In this document: positions 25,350-35,012 of the stretch, one piece after another
How positions within the stretch are numbered: position 1 is the first letter of the stretch
How the letters are laid out: every line of letters starts with the position of its first letter
From: Solirubrobacterales bacterium
GTDB lineage: Bacteria > Actinomycetota > Thermoleophilia > Solirubrobacterales > 70-9
Length of the DNA stretch: 64,000 bases
Direction of reading: 5' to 3'
Assembly: GCA_035535295.1 (NCBI GenBank)
Contig: DATLQI010000038.1
Span: 95,973-159,972 of the forward strand
The notes under the pieces: model-generated
What the model saw: the letters and a program-made list of their open reading frames with translations, nothing else
Told to the model about the DNA's origin: nothing
Databases searched by the model: none
Program-made: the position numbers and the translations under genes

Positions 25350-26300
25350 ATGCCAGACAACGATCCCCAGACCCAGCTCGTCAAGTACCTGACCGACGTC
25401 CACTCGATCGAGGAACAGGCGCGAGTGCAGATGGAACGCGCCCCGAAGCTCGTCGAGGGCGCCTTCGCCGAGGCCTTCCAGCGCCACCTCGGTGAGACCG
25501 AATCCCAGGAGCAGCGCGTGCGCGAGCGCCTCGAGGCGCACGACGCCTCGCCCTCGAAGATCAAGGACGTCGCCGGCGCGGCCGGCGGCTTCGGGATGGT
25601 CCTCTTCGCCCGCTCCCAGCCCGACACGCCGGGCAAGCTGGCGATGCACGCCTTCTCCTACGAGCACATGGAGGTCGCCGCCTACGAGCTGCTGGGGATC
25701 GCCGCCCGCGAAGCCGGCGACGAGGAGACCGCTGCGATGGCGGCGACGATCGCCGACGAGGAGCGCGAGATGGCCGGCCGGATCGCCGCCAGCTGGGACG
25801 AAGCGGTCGAGCAGGCGCTGGCCCGGGTCGAACCCGACGACCTCGGCGACACGCTGAACACCTACCTCGCCGACGTCCACGCGCTCGAGGGTCAGTCGAA
25901 GAAGCTGCTGGAGAAAAGCCGCGAGCTCGACGTTCCGGAAGCGCTCCGCTCCGCCCTCGACCACCACCTGCGGGAGACCGAAGGCCACCTGGAGAAAATC
26001 GAGCGCCGGCTCGACGACCGCGGCGCCACCCCCTCGGCGATCAAGGACGCGATGCTCCGCCTCGGCGCCCTCAACTGGGGCGCCTTCTTCGCCGCCCAGC
26101 CCGACACCCCCGCCAAGCTCGCTGGCTTCGCCTACGCGGTCGAGAACCTCGAGGTTGCCGCCTACGAGCTGCTTTTCCGCGTCGCCCGCCGCGCCGGCGA
26201 CGGGGAGACCGTCACCCTCGCCGAATCGATCCTCGGCGAGGAGCAGGCGGCGGCGAAATCGGTCGCCGACCAATGGCCGGTCTCGATGTCGGTTGCCTGA
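25350..26300 (+). CDS. tandem DUF892 (YciE/YciF ferritin-like) domain protein
   Basis: Two repeats of the LVKYL-DVHSIE / LNTYLADVHALE ... H-ETE-Q/H ... EVAAYELL pattern. Confidence 0.8.
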   Translation: MPDNDPQTQLVKYLTDVHSIEEQARVQMERAPKLVEGAFAEAFQRHLGETESQEQRVRERLEAHDASPSKIKDVAGAAGGFGMVLFARSQPDTPGKLAMHAFSYEHMEVAAYELLGIAAREAGDEETAAMAATIADEEREMAGRIAASWDEAVEQALARVEPDDLGDTLNTYLADVHALEGQSKKLLEKSRELDVPEALRSALDHHLRETEGHLEKIERRLDDRGATPSAIKDAMLRLGALNWGAFFAAQPDTPAKLAGFAYAVENLEVAAYELLFRVARRAGDGETVTLAESILGEEQAAAKSVADQWPVSMSVA

Positions 26301-26302
26301 AT

Positions 26303-26339
26303 CTGTCTCAGTCCTCCCTATGCGGGGTCTGAGACAGAG
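26303..26339. terminator. hairpin between convergent genes (10-bp arms TCTGTCTCAG/CTGAGACAGA)
   Basis: Perfect 10-bp stem and a 17-nt loop with an inner CCC/GGG pairing. No U-tract. Confidence 0.4.
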
Positions 26340-26345
26340 TCGTCG

Positions 26346-26870
26346 TTAGGGGACGCCCTGGCTGCTGGCGGCGGTAGCGCTCGGCAACGCCCGCTGGGCG
26401 GCGGCGAGGTGGAGGTCTTCGACCTGCTGGCCCTGGCGGTCGGCGCGCTCGGCGAGGGCGTGGAAGTCGATCCCGTCGAGGCGCTCGCCGAAGCTCTGCT
26501 CGAGCCCGTTCCAGAGCTGCATCTTGCCGCCGATCCCGGAGGCGAGGATCTCCAGCTCGAGGACCCGGCTGAGCGGCGAGTAGCCGCGCCACTGCCCGTT
26601 CAGCTTCAGCCGCCCGAGCCGCTCGCCGACGACGGCAAGTGCTGGTTTGAAGCCCTTACGGTCGACGCCGAGCCGTTCCATCACCCGGATCAGCGTCTCC
26701 CGGTCCTCTTCGATCTCGGCGCAGATCCGCGCCAGCGGCTCGCCGAACTCGGGGTCGCCCCGGTTGCTCGACCGCAGGCGGCGGGCCAGCTCGACGCCGA
26801 GCGCGGCCCCCGCCAGGTGGTCGTTCAGGTAGATGGCCAGGAGCCGATCCGGGTCCGCGCTCTGGGCCAT
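26346..26870 (-). CDS. helical hypothetical protein
   Basis: ATG at 26870 (MAQSADPDRLLAIYLNDHLAG), 8 nt after the upstream stop. Confidence 0.55.
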   Translation of the reverse strand: MAQSADPDRLLAIYLNDHLAGAALGVELARRLRSSNRGDPEFGEPLARICAEIEEDRETLIRVMERLGVDRKGFKPALAVVGERLGRLKLNGQWRGYSPLSRVLELEILASGIGGKMQLWNGLEQSFGERLDGIDFHALAERADRQGQQVEDLHLAAAQRALPSATAASSQGVP

Positions 26871-26878
26871 CGGGCGGT

Positions 26879-27367
26879 TCAGGCCTCCTCGTAGGGGTCT
26901 TTCTCGCCGGCCAGCTGCAGCGCGCACTCCTTGGTCTCGCTGAAGTGCCGTTCCTGAATCGGCAGCGCCCACTCGACCAGTTCGGAGACCTGGTCCTCGC
27001 CGGCCTGCTCGTTGAGCTTTTTCAGCACCGCCCAGTGCCCGACCTCGCCGGCCTCGGCCATGGTCATGAACTCGAAGCCGTCGAGCCCGTCGGCGTCGTC
27101 GCCGAGGTAGGTGTCCATCATCTCGGACGCCTCGCCTTTGGTCTCTTTGGCCTTTTCGAGGATCGCGGTCTTCTTGCCGTCGCGCTGCTCGGCGACCTCG
27201 GTGCCGCGGCGCGCGGTCTCCTCGGCCTCCTCGCGCATCTGCCGCAGTTTCTGGGCGACGCTGTCGTCGTCGACGAGGCCCTCGACTTTCTCGGTCGCTT
27301 TCGTCGCCGCTTCGGCCAGCCCGATCACCTCCGCGAGCTTCTCCTCCAAGGTCGTCAACTCGGCCAT
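26879..27367 (-). CDS. acidic helical protein, ferritin-like guess
   Basis: RBS GGAGGAAG. GC3-rich codons. No firm family. Confidence 0.55.
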   Translation of the reverse strand: MAELTTLEEKLAEVIGLAEAATKATEKVEGLVDDDSVAQKLRQMREEAEETARRGTEVAEQRDGKKTAILEKAKETKGEASEMMDTYLGDDADGLDGFEFMTMAEAGEVGHWAVLKKLNEQAGEDQVSELVEWALPIQERHFSETKECALQLAGEKDPYEEA

Positions 27368-27406
27368 CGTCTTCCTCCTCTGGGTGGTTGGCAGGATGCC
27401 GTTTCC

Positions 27407-27892
27407 CTACCCGAGCCAGAGGTGTTCGAAGCGCAGGCCCGCGGCGATGGGGTGGAGGAGGCCCATCGAAGCGCGAGGGGCGCGGCGGCGCTCGGTCGGG
27501 CTGCCGGGGTTGAAGATCTGGAAACCGCCGTCGGTCTCGTGCAGGGGCAGGTGGCTATGGCCGAAGACGACGGCGTCGGCGTCGGGAAAGTGGGATCGGA
27601 GGCGGGGGAGACGGCCCTTGCTCGGCCCGGCGTCGTGGATCACCGCGACCTTGCGGCCGCCGACGTCGATCTCGATCGACTCCGGAAGCCGGTCCCACAG
27701 CTCTGGGTCGTCGACGTTGCCGCGGACGGCGTGGACTACCGGGCAAAGCGCTTCGAGCTCGTCCAGCACCGAGGCGGCGGAGAAGTCGCCGGCGTGGATC
27801 ACGGCCTCGGCGGCGGCGATTTGCTCGTAACAAGCGTCCGCCAGCCGTCGCTTGCCCTTCGGCATGTGGGTGTCGGAGATGACCGCGATCAA
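27407..27892 (-). CDS. YfcE-type metallophosphoesterase
   Basis: ISDTH, GD, GNVD and GHSH motifs. Confidence 0.85.
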   Translation of the reverse strand: MIAVISDTHMPKGKRRLADACYEQIAAAEAVIHAGDFSAASVLDELEALCPVVHAVRGNVDDPELWDRLPESIEIDVGGRKVAVIHDAGPSKGRLPRLRSHFPDADAVVFGHSHLPLHETDGGFQIFNPGSPTERRRAPRASMGLLHPIAAGLRFEHLWLG

Positions 27893-28779
27893 CTGGCGGC
27901 GGCGAGCGCCCCGTCGACCTCGTAGCCGAACTCGGTCAGGGTCTCGCCCATCACCTCGTGCATCGCGTGCTGCTCGGCGGGGCTGAGGTGGTCGCGCCAG
28001 CCGCCCGGCTGGGCGCGGCGGATGAAGTGCTGCCGGCCCCGCACGGCGCGTGGCTGCTTCTCGAAGCGGTGCGCTTCGACCACCTCGGGCACCGGCGCCG
28101 GGTCGAGTTCGACCATCTCGCAGATCCGGGCGAGGCAGGTCTCGGTGTCGCCGCGCAGCTCCTCGTAGCGGATCAGGATCCGGTCCGTCTCCGCCCGCGC
28201 CTCGTAGGCCTTGCGCACCTCGCGGCTGCGGAAGGCCCAGACTTCCGAGAGCCAGCGGATCAGGGGGATCCGCCCCTCCTCGGAGACCGGGAAGGCGCCG
28301 CCTGGGATCGCCCAGGAGCCGTCGCTGTAGGCGTCGAGCCAGGAGTCGACGACGTCGCGCCCGTCGCGGAGGAGGAAGATCACCTTCGAGCGGGGGAAGA
28401 GCTCCGCCAGGAAGGGGGCGACGTGCGAGCCCGGCTCCTTGACGACGAAGGCCGCCTCGGCGGTGTCGACCTTCCCTTCGGCCTGCGCTTCGAACCGCGC
28501 TCGGATCAGCTCGCGCAGCGGCTCTTCCCAGGCGTCCCGGTGGCGCTCGGCGAAGAAGTAGCCCGGCTCTTCGGCCTTGATCTCGAGCAGGGTGCTGAGC
28601 CGGGGCGGATCCTCACAGGCCGCCCAGGCCAGCGGGATCGGCCGCCAGACGCCGAGGTGGTGGCCGAGGTGGGGGTCGTCGACCGGCACCACCGGATCGA
28701 GGTCGGAGAGCATCTTCAGCAGCCAGGTGCTGCCGCTGCGCGACGAGCCGAAGATCCATGCCAGGCGCTTCTCCTGCAT
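27889..28779 (-). CDS. sulfotransferase family protein
   Basis: PAPS-loop-like GSSRSGSTWL. RDGRDVVDS. Confidence 0.75.
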   Translation of the reverse strand: MQEKRLAWIFGSSRSGSTWLLKMLSDLDPVVPVDDPHLGHHLGVWRPIPLAWAACEDPPRLSTLLEIKAEEPGYFFAERHRDAWEEPLRELIRARFEAQAEGKVDTAEAAFVVKEPGSHVAPFLAELFPRSKVIFLLRDGRDVVDSWLDAYSDGSWAIPGGAFPVSEEGRIPLIRWLSEVWAFRSREVRKAYEARAETDRILIRYEELRGDTETCLARICEMVELDPAPVPEVVEAHRFEKQPRAVRGRQHFIRRAQPGGWRDHLSPAEQHAMHEVMGETLTEFGYEVDGALAAAS

Positions 28780-28791
28780 GTTGCGCCGAGG

Positions 28792-28819
28792 CTACCCCCG
28801 GCGGCGGTCGCGGTAAACC
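28792..28819 (-). promoter_or_regulatory. SigB/SigF-type promoter GGTTT-N17-GGGTAG
   Basis: Strict match, 12 nt before the ATG at 28779. Confidence 0.6.
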
Positions 28820-29779
28820 TCAGGAGCTCTGCTTGAAAAGGCCGCGGACGGAGCCAGCGACGGCGGCGAGGAAGGCCCGCCGCAGAGTTCCCTGGCGCCG
28901 CGCGTGCCAGCCACCAGAGGTCGTGTAGGGGCCGCGGCTGCGCAGGACGTTGCCCGGCGCCGGGGCGGCTCCGACCTTGCCCCAGGTGCCGCGGACGAAG
29001 GCGCCGTGGGCGAGGCGGCGGTAGAGCGGCGGCGCCAGCGAGTGGAGGATCTCCAGCGCCCGCCCGGCCTGCCCGTAGTTGACTTCCCGCTTCGGGTTCT
29101 CGGCGCAGAGCTCGATCCCGCGGGCGAGCTCCTCGACGTCGAGCACCGGCGGGATCGGCCGCACCTGTCTGCCGGTGTAGTTGCCGGCGTGCTCGAAGAT
29201 CGGCGTGTCGACCGCCTGCGGGACCATCGTCGCGACGTGGATCTCCTCCTCGTCGACCAGTTCCCCGGCCAGGCATTCGGAGAAGGCGCGGACTGCGTTC
29301 TTGCTGACGATGTACGGCGTCACCTGCGGCGTGCTGACCCGGCCCCAGACCGAGGACATGTTGATCAGGACGCCGCTGCCCTGGGCGCGGAAGCGCCGCA
29401 GCGCCGCCCGCGCCCCGTGCACCTGTCCCATCAGGTTCGTCTCGACGATCCCGCGGAAGACCTCGGAGGGGATCTCCTCGAAGGGGCCGTAGGCGATCGC
29501 GCCGGCGTTGTTGACCCAGACGTCGATCCGGCCGAAGTCCTCCTCGACGGTCTCGGCGAAGGCCTCGACCGCGTCCTCGTCGGCGACGTTGAGAGTTCGG
29601 CAGAGGGTGGCGGCACCGCGCCGTTCGCACTCCTCCGCGACCTCGCCGAGCGCCTCCTGCGAGCGGGCGCATAGCGCCAGCGCCCGCGCCCGGTGCGCGA
29701 GCCGCAGTGCCGCGGCGCGGCCGATCCCGCTCGAAGCGCCGGTGATCACCACCACTGCCTCCTCCAGAGCGCGCGGCAC
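28820..29779 (-). CDS. short-chain dehydrogenase/reductase
   Basis: GTG at 29779 after AGGAG. VVITGASSGIG, NNAG and Y-VSK motifs. Confidence 0.85.
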   Translation of the reverse strand: MPRALEEAVVVITGASSGIGRAAALRLAHRARALALCARSQEALGEVAEECERRGAATLCRTLNVADEDAVEAFAETVEEDFGRIDVWVNNAGAIAYGPFEEIPSEVFRGIVETNLMGQVHGARAALRRFRAQGSGVLINMSSVWGRVSTPQVTPYIVSKNAVRAFSECLAGELVDEEEIHVATMVPQAVDTPIFEHAGNYTGRQVRPIPPVLDVEELARGIELCAENPKREVNYGQAGRALEILHSLAPPLYRRLAHGAFVRGTWGKVGAAPAPGNVLRSRGPYTTSGGWHARRQGTLRRAFLAAVAGSVRGLFKQSS

Positions 29780-29787
29780 GGGCGCTC

Positions 29788-30315
29788 CTAACCGAGACCC
29801 TTCTCCTCGGCGGCCTTGTAGGCGATCTGGAAGAAGTCCGAGATCGTCAGCGCCGAGAAGAGGGAGGCGACAAAGCGGGTAACGCGGGGTGCGAACACCA
29901 GCCCGATCGAGAAGCCGGCGACGACCCAGAGGCCGAGGCAGTAGGGGCAGATCAGCAGCTCGCCGATCGCTTTGCGCGCGCCGGTGCCGCGGCTGCTCTC
30001 CTCGAGCTCGGCCGGGCCGCCCTTGCCTTCGAGTTCGGTGAACGGCGCCCGCAGCGGGCTCGTCACCTTGTCCTTGGCGACGAGGCGGCTGAGTTTGTGC
30101 GAGGCGGTGCCGACTAGCAGCAGCTCCCCGGGGCTCACCTTGGCCGGCAGCTCGCGGCCTTGGCGCCGGGCGATCAGCAGCGCGGCGCTGACGAGCGTCC
30201 CGAAGATGCTCATGAAGGCGAGGTAGGGGAGGAAGGGCGGGCGTTTTCCCGGCTCGGCATAGCCGGCCACCGCCTCCTCCGGAATCTTCAGCGCCGATCC
30301 GTCCTCTGGGGCCAT
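29788..30315 (-). CDS. DUF1360 membrane protein
   Basis: LLICPYCLGLWVV signature. Confidence 0.75.
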   Translation of the reverse strand: MAPEDGSALKIPEEAVAGYAEPGKRPPFLPYLAFMSIFGTLVSAALLIARRQGRELPAKVSPGELLLVGTASHKLSRLVAKDKVTSPLRAPFTELEGKGGPAELEESSRGTGARKAIGELLICPYCLGLWVVAGFSIGLVFAPRVTRFVASLFSALTISDFFQIAYKAAEEKGLG

Positions 30316-30324
30316 TGCTCACTG

Positions 30325-30351
30325 CTACCCATTGCGATGACGGTTCCAACC
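30325..30351 (-). promoter_or_regulatory. SigB/SigF-type promoter, near match GGTTG-N16-GGGTAG, 9 nt to ATG 30315
   Basis: The -10 overlaps the stop codon of the upstream gene. Confidence 0.5.
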
Positions 30352-30570
30352 CTCGCTGCTGACCGCGACATGGAAGGCACCGTCGGGCCCGCGCCGCTCA
30401 ATCACCAGCCCCTGGGCGACGGCCCGCCGCACCGCCCGCCGGCGATCGCGCGATTCCAGGCGCGGGAACTTCTGTTCCAACTCGCCGCGCCGGCAGTACC
30501 CGTCGTCGGCGAGGGCGACGATCGCGGCGACGATCTCCTCCGGCGACGGCAGCGGCTTGCGGGGGGACAC
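30325..30570 (-). CDS. small hypothetical protein (possible winged helix)
   Basis: GC3-rich 81-aa ORF. No family recognised. Confidence 0.45.
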   Translation of the reverse strand: MSPRKPLPSPEEIVAAIVALADDGYCRRGELEQKFPRLESRDRRRAVRRAVAQGLVIERRGPDGAFHVAVSSEGWNRHRNG

Positions 30571-30739
30571 CGTCGCGAGCTTAAGTTAGGATCAAGCGGA
30601 TGCTCCGGACGTGGGCCGGCGCATCGCCCGACAACAGAGGCACGGGGTTCGGCTGGACGGTCGATCTACGGACCGAACGATGCGAATCGATCCGAAAAGG
30701 ATTTTCCCCATGCCCGATTCCGAAGTACGATCTGCTCAG

Positions 30740-31096
30740 ATGCAGCGCTTTAACGTAACCACCAAAGACCTGCGGCCCGGCTGCCGGGACGTCCAAGTCG
30801 AAGGGGAGCTCGACCTCGCCGTCGCCGGCCAGCTCGACGAGGTCCTGACCGCGGCCGTCGGCGAGTGCAGCTGTGTCCTCGTCGGCCTCGAACGCTGCGC
30901 CTTCATCGACTCCTCCGGGATCGCGGTGATCCTCCGCGCCCACAACCGGATGGAGGAGGAGGGGAACCGATTGGTCGTCTACGCCCCGACCGACCAGGTC
31001 GAGCGGATTCTCTCGATGACCGGCCTCACCGCCAACGGCCTCGTCTTCCACAGCGCCGAGGAGGCTCTCGCTGCGGTCGGCGAGCCGGCTGCTTAG
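30740..31096 (+). CDS. STAS-domain anti-sigma-factor antagonist
   Basis: ATG at 30740. FIDSSGIAVIL motif. Confidence 0.8.
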   Translation: MQRFNVTTKDLRPGCRDVQVEGELDLAVAGQLDEVLTAAVGECSCVLVGLERCAFIDSSGIAVILRAHNRMEEEGNRLVVYAPTDQVERILSMTGLTANGLVFHSAEEALAAVGEPAA

Positions 31097-32385
31097 GCGA
31101 GAGCCGCCCGCACCAGCAGGCTGCGCTGCGGCACCAGGACGGTGGCCCGCTGCACCATCCGCTCCGGCTCCTCCGCCAGCGGGCTGAGCGTCACCTTGCG
31201 CAGCACTGCCGGGACCACGGTCTCGATCTCGGCCAGGGCGAGCGGTTCGCCGACGCAGCGGCGGGCACCGCCTCCGAAGGGGAAGAAGGGCCAGGAGGGG
31301 GTGATGTCGGCGAGCCAGCGCTCGGGTTCGAAGCGGTCGGGATCGCGGAAGCCCCGCGGGTCGCGGTGGACGAGCGAGGCGGGGGCGATCACGGTGCCGC
31401 CGGCGGGCAGCTCGTGCCCGTCGACCTCCATCGGCGCCAGCAGCTTCCGCAGCGACCCCGAAGCGGGCGGGTGCAGGCGCAGGGTCTCGCGGACGATTGC
31501 GTCGGCGCGGGGACCGCGAGGCTCTTCGAGGTAGGTCGCCGCCAGCTCGCGGTCGCGGGAGAGGCGGTCGAGCAGCCAGGTGAGGGCGATCGAGGGCGGC
31601 TCCTGCGCGGCCATCAGCAGAGACATCAGCTCGTCGACGATCTGCTCGGTGGTCAGCTCGGCCTCGTCGCCGACCATGCAGCCGAGCACGTCGACCTCCT
31701 CGGTCGCTTCCGCCCGGCGTGCTTCCACCGCTGCTGAAAGCGCCGCCACGACCGGCGCCTGGCGCTGCTCGAAGAGAACGTTCCCGACCTCGCCCAGCAG
31801 CCCGTCCCCTTTGCCCGGGAGGGTCACCGGTGGGTTCCCAGGGGTGCGCAGCATGCGCCCGATCGCCTTGGTCAGGTAAATCGCAAGCTGCTCGTCGCGC
31901 ACGCCGAGGACGAGGCGGACGAAGATCTCGTCGCAGAGGGTTCGCATCCGCGAGAGCAGGCGAAAGGGGCGGCCGGTCGGCCATCCCGCCGCCTGCCGCT
32001 CGGCGATCTGCACCATCGCCGCTCGACGGGCGTTGATCACCTCGGGAGCAAAGGCGGGGGCGATGCGGGCGCGGGCCGCGCGGTGGGCCTCGGCGTCGCC
32101 GCCGAAGACCGAGCGGTTGGCGGCGAACGGCAGCACCGCCCGCCGCCCCTCGCCAGCGTGGGCCCGCTCGGGATCGGCGCCCAGCAGGTCTTTGACCGCT
32201 TGCGGCTCAGCGACGACGAAGGTCGGCCGCGCGGTCAGCAGCCGGATCTGGAAGACGTCACCGAACCGCTTCCACTGGCGACGCAAGAACTCGAGCGGGT
32301 CGCGGTGGAAGGCCACCGTCTGCGCGAGGACGCTGGAGTCCGGCCCGGGTGGAGGTGCGGGGCGGGCGATCGCGGGAGCTGACAT
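31093..32385 (-). CDS. cytochrome P450
   Basis: Heme loop FGGGARRCVGEPLA. ETLR motif. Confidence 0.9.
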   Translation of the reverse strand: MSAPAIARPAPPPGPDSSVLAQTVAFHRDPLEFLRRQWKRFGDVFQIRLLTARPTFVVAEPQAVKDLLGADPERAHAGEGRRAVLPFAANRSVFGGDAEAHRAARARIAPAFAPEVINARRAAMVQIAERQAAGWPTGRPFRLLSRMRTLCDEIFVRLVLGVRDEQLAIYLTKAIGRMLRTPGNPPVTLPGKGDGLLGEVGNVLFEQRQAPVVAALSAAVEARRAEATEEVDVLGCMVGDEAELTTEQIVDELMSLLMAAQEPPSIALTWLLDRLSRDRELAATYLEEPRGPRADAIVRETLRLHPPASGSLRKLLAPMEVDGHELPAGGTVIAPASLVHRDPRGFRDPDRFEPERWLADITPSWPFFPFGGGARRCVGEPLALAEIETVVPAVLRKVTLSPLAEEPERMVQRATVLVPQRSLLVRAALA

Positions 32386-32394
32386 CCCCCGTGT

Positions 32395-32422
32395 CTACCC
32401 AGCGGGCGCGCTGCCAGAAACC
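32395..32422 (-). promoter_or_regulatory. SigB/SigF-type promoter GGTTT-N17-GGGTAG, 9 nt to ATG 32385
   Basis: Strict match in the 46-nt gap upstream of the P450 gene. Confidence 0.65.
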
Positions 32423-32431
32423 GCGCGAGGA

Positions 32432-32662
32432 CTAGCCGAAGCGCGGTTCGAGCCGCTGGAAGGTGCGCCACCAGCCGCGGTCGAGTGTGGCGTGCTCGAC
32501 CGCCTGCAGCAGCGAGCCGTCGTCGTCGTGCAGCTCGTAGCTGACGACCGGGGTGTCGCCGTCGAGGTCGACGGCGACGATGCGAGCCATCATCAAATAG
32601 GGCGGGCAGCTGAGCCAGACCTCGCCAGGTTTGGGAAGGGTTTTTAGTCTGGAGCTCGCCAT
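32432..32662 (-). CDS. small hypothetical protein (76 aa)
   Basis: ATG at 32662 selected because GGGTAC lies exactly 9 nt upstream. The track start at 32683 would lie inside the promoter. Confidence 0.5.
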   Translation of the reverse strand: MASSRLKTLPKPGEVWLSCPPYLMMARIVAVDLDGDTPVVSYELHDDDGSLLQAVEHATLDRGWWRTFQRLEPRFG

Positions 32663-32671
32663 GGGTCTTCG

Positions 32672-32697
32672 GTACCCCTGCATTCGACGCGAAAACC
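32672..32697 (-). promoter_or_regulatory. SigB/SigF-type promoter GGTTT-N15-GGGTAC, 9 nt to ATG 32662
   Basis: Strict match. Confidence 0.65.
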
Positions 32698-32758
32698 GTG
32701 AACCTTCCCCGAGTTTGGGGTAAAGGCGAGATAATTCTTCCTATCTGCGGGGCGGGCT

Positions 32759-33823
32759 TCAGGTGCCCTGGCGCTGCCCGACGCCGGTGGCGACCTCGCG
32801 GGCGCGCATCGGGCCGCCAGCGGTCGGCTCCAGCGGTGGCGTCGGCGCCCCCTCGGCATTCCGCATCCCGCGCAGGAGGTCGTCGAGCGCTTCCAGGGAG
32901 GTGACGGCCGGATCCCAGCCCAGCTCGGTCCGCGCCCGGGTCGTGTCCATCATCGGCACCCCGAGCGCGAGATCGATCCAGCCGGGGGGAGAGGGCTGTA
33001 GCCGCAGCTTCCAGGTGAGGTCGGCGGCGGCGCGGAGGGCGCCGGCGGGCAGCGGAAAGCTGCGGGCGCCGAATAAATCGCGCAGCTCCTCGACCCCGAT
33101 CTCCGGCTCGGCGGCGATGTTGAAGGCGCCGTGGACCTCACGCACGACGGCTTGGCGGTAGGCCTCGCCGACGTCGCGCGAGTGGACGGCCTGGAAGCGC
33201 AGTCGCGGTACGTTCGGGACCAGGGGAATCAGTCGCTTCTGGACGAGGAAGCCGGGCAGGAAGGGTCCGGCGAAGAGGCGGCGGATCTCGCTCGCCGCCT
33301 CGGATTTGAAGATCAGGCCGGGGCGGAGGCGGACGACCCGGACCTCCGGCTCGCGCTGTTCGAAGGCGTCGAGGATCGTTTCCACCGCTGCCTTGTGGCG
33401 GGAGTAGAACGAGGTCCGGATCCCATCCACGGGCCAGGACTCGTCGACCTGCCGTTGCTTCGGCCCGGGGCTGTAGGCGCCGACCGAGGAGGCGTAGACG
33501 ACGGCTCCGACTCCGGCTTTCGCGACCGCATCGAAGACGCGGCGGCTGCCCTCGACGTTGATCCGCTCGGTCGTCGCTTCGTCGCGGCTCGGCTGGATCG
33601 CCCAGGCGAGGTGAACGACCGCGTCGGCGCCGGCGAAGATCGGAACCAGGTCGTCCTCGGTGACGTCGGCCCCGACCCAACGGACCTTCGGCATCTCCAC
33701 CGCGGGCACCCGCCGGGCGATCCCGACGATCTCCTCCACCGCGTCCTCGCGGCCCAGCGCCTCGAGCACGCTGGTGCCGACGTTGCCGCTCGCTCCGGTG
33801 ACGACGACGCGCATCTGGCTCAC
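32759..33823 (-). CDS. NAD-dependent epimerase/dehydratase family protein
   Basis: VVVTGASGNVG Rossmann motif. Confidence 0.8.
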   Translation of the reverse strand: MSQMRVVVTGASGNVGTSVLEALGREDAVEEIVGIARRVPAVEMPKVRWVGADVTEDDLVPIFAGADAVVHLAWAIQPSRDEATTERINVEGSRRVFDAVAKAGVGAVVYASSVGAYSPGPKQRQVDESWPVDGIRTSFYSRHKAAVETILDAFEQREPEVRVVRLRPGLIFKSEAASEIRRLFAGPFLPGFLVQKRLIPLVPNVPRLRFQAVHSRDVGEAYRQAVVREVHGAFNIAAEPEIGVEELRDLFGARSFPLPAGALRAAADLTWKLRLQPSPPGWIDLALGVPMMDTTRARTELGWDPAVTSLEALDDLLRGMRNAEGAPTPPLEPTAGGPMRAREVATGVGQRQGT

Positions 33824-33830
33824 AGGTCTC

Positions 33831-35012
33831 TCACGGCTGGATCACGAACTTGATCGCGCCGTCTTCCTTCTTCTGGAAGGTCTCGTAGGCGTCGGGGACC
33901 TCGTCGATCCCGATCTTGTGAGAGGCGAGCTCCTCGGTCCCGAGCGGGTCGGCGTCGTCGCTGACCAGGGGCATGATCTCGTCGATCCATTTCTTCACGT
34001 GCGCCTGGCCCATCCGCAGCTGCACGCCCTTGTCGAAGAGCTGCATCATCGGGATCGGGTCGACCATGCCGCCGTAGACGCCGCTGATCGAGACGGTGCC
34101 ACCGCGGCGAACCGTGTCGAAGCACTGGTAGAGGGCCGACATGCGGTCGATCGCCGCTTTTTCGATCAGCTTTTCGGCGACCGCGTCGGGCAGCATGCCG
34201 GCCGCTTTCTGGGCGAACTCGCCGATCGGGGCGCCGTGCGCCTCCATCCCGACCGCGTCGATCGCGCCGTCGGTGCCGCGGCCCTCGGTCATCTCGCGGA
34301 TCGTGTCGGAGATGTCCTCGTGCTCTTCGAGGTCGAGCGTCTCGACGCCGTGCTTCCGCGCCAGCTCCAGCCGCTCGGGGACGATGTCGACGCCGATCAC
34401 CCGCGCCCCTTTGTGGGCGGCGATCCGCGCGGTCATCTGCCCGATCGGGCCGAGGCCGAAGACGGCGACCGAGCCGCCCTCCGGGATCGCCGCGTAGTCG
34501 ACCGCCTGCCAGGAGGTCGGCAGCACGTCGGAGAGGTAGAGGAAGCGGTCGTCGGGCGGCCCCTCGGGCACCTTGATCGGCCCGAACTGCGCCTGCGGCA
34601 CCCGCAGGTACTCGGCCTGCCCGCCCGGCACCTGGCCGTAGAGCTTGGTGTAGCCGAAGAGGGAGGCGCCTTTTTCCTCCTCCCGGTTCTGGGTCGTCTC
34701 GCACTGGGCGTAGAGCTGCTGGTCGCACATCCAGCAGTGCCCGCAGGAGATGTTGAAGGGGATCACGACCCGGTCGCCGGGGGAGATGTGGGTCACCTCG
34801 GGGCCGACCTCCTCGACGATCCCCATCGGCTCGTGGCCGAGGATGTCGCCCTCTTCCATGAACGGGGAGAGAACCTCGTAGAGGTGGAGGTCGGAGCCGC
34901 AGATCGCGGTCGAGGTGATGCGGACGATCGCGTCGGTGGCTTCCTCGATCTTCGGGTCCTCGACCTCGTCGACGCGGACGTCGCGGGGGCCGTGCCAGAC
35001 GGCGGCTTTCAT
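33831..35012 (-). CDS. zinc-dependent alcohol dehydrogenase (formaldehyde-dehydrogenase-like)
   Basis: CGSDLH, GHEPMGIVEEVG and GLGPIG motifs. Confidence 0.9.
   Translation of the reverse strand: MKAAVWHGPRDVRVDEVEDPKIEEATDAIVRITSTAICGSDLHLYEVLSPFMEEGDILGHEPMGIVEEVGPEVTHISPGDRVVIPFNISCGHCWMCDQQLYAQCETTQNREEEKGASLFGYTKLYGQVPGGQAEYLRVPQAQFGPIKVPEGPPDDRFLYLSDVLPTSWQAVDYAAIPEGGSVAVFGLGPIGQMTARIAAHKGARVIGVDIVPERLELARKHGVETLDLEEHEDISDTIREMTEGRGTDGAIDAVGMEAHGAPIGEFAQKAAGMLPDAVAEKLIEKAAIDRMSALYQCFDTVRRGGTVSISGVYGGMVDPIPMMQLFDKGVQLRMGQAHVKKWIDEIMPLVSDDADPLGTEELASHKIGIDEVPDAYETFQKKEDGAIKFVIQP

Noticed and set aside
30571-30739. GATTT-N18-AAGTAC upstream of the second STAS gene as a stress promoter.
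   Set aside because: Only 4/6 match in the -10, and the spacer is too long.
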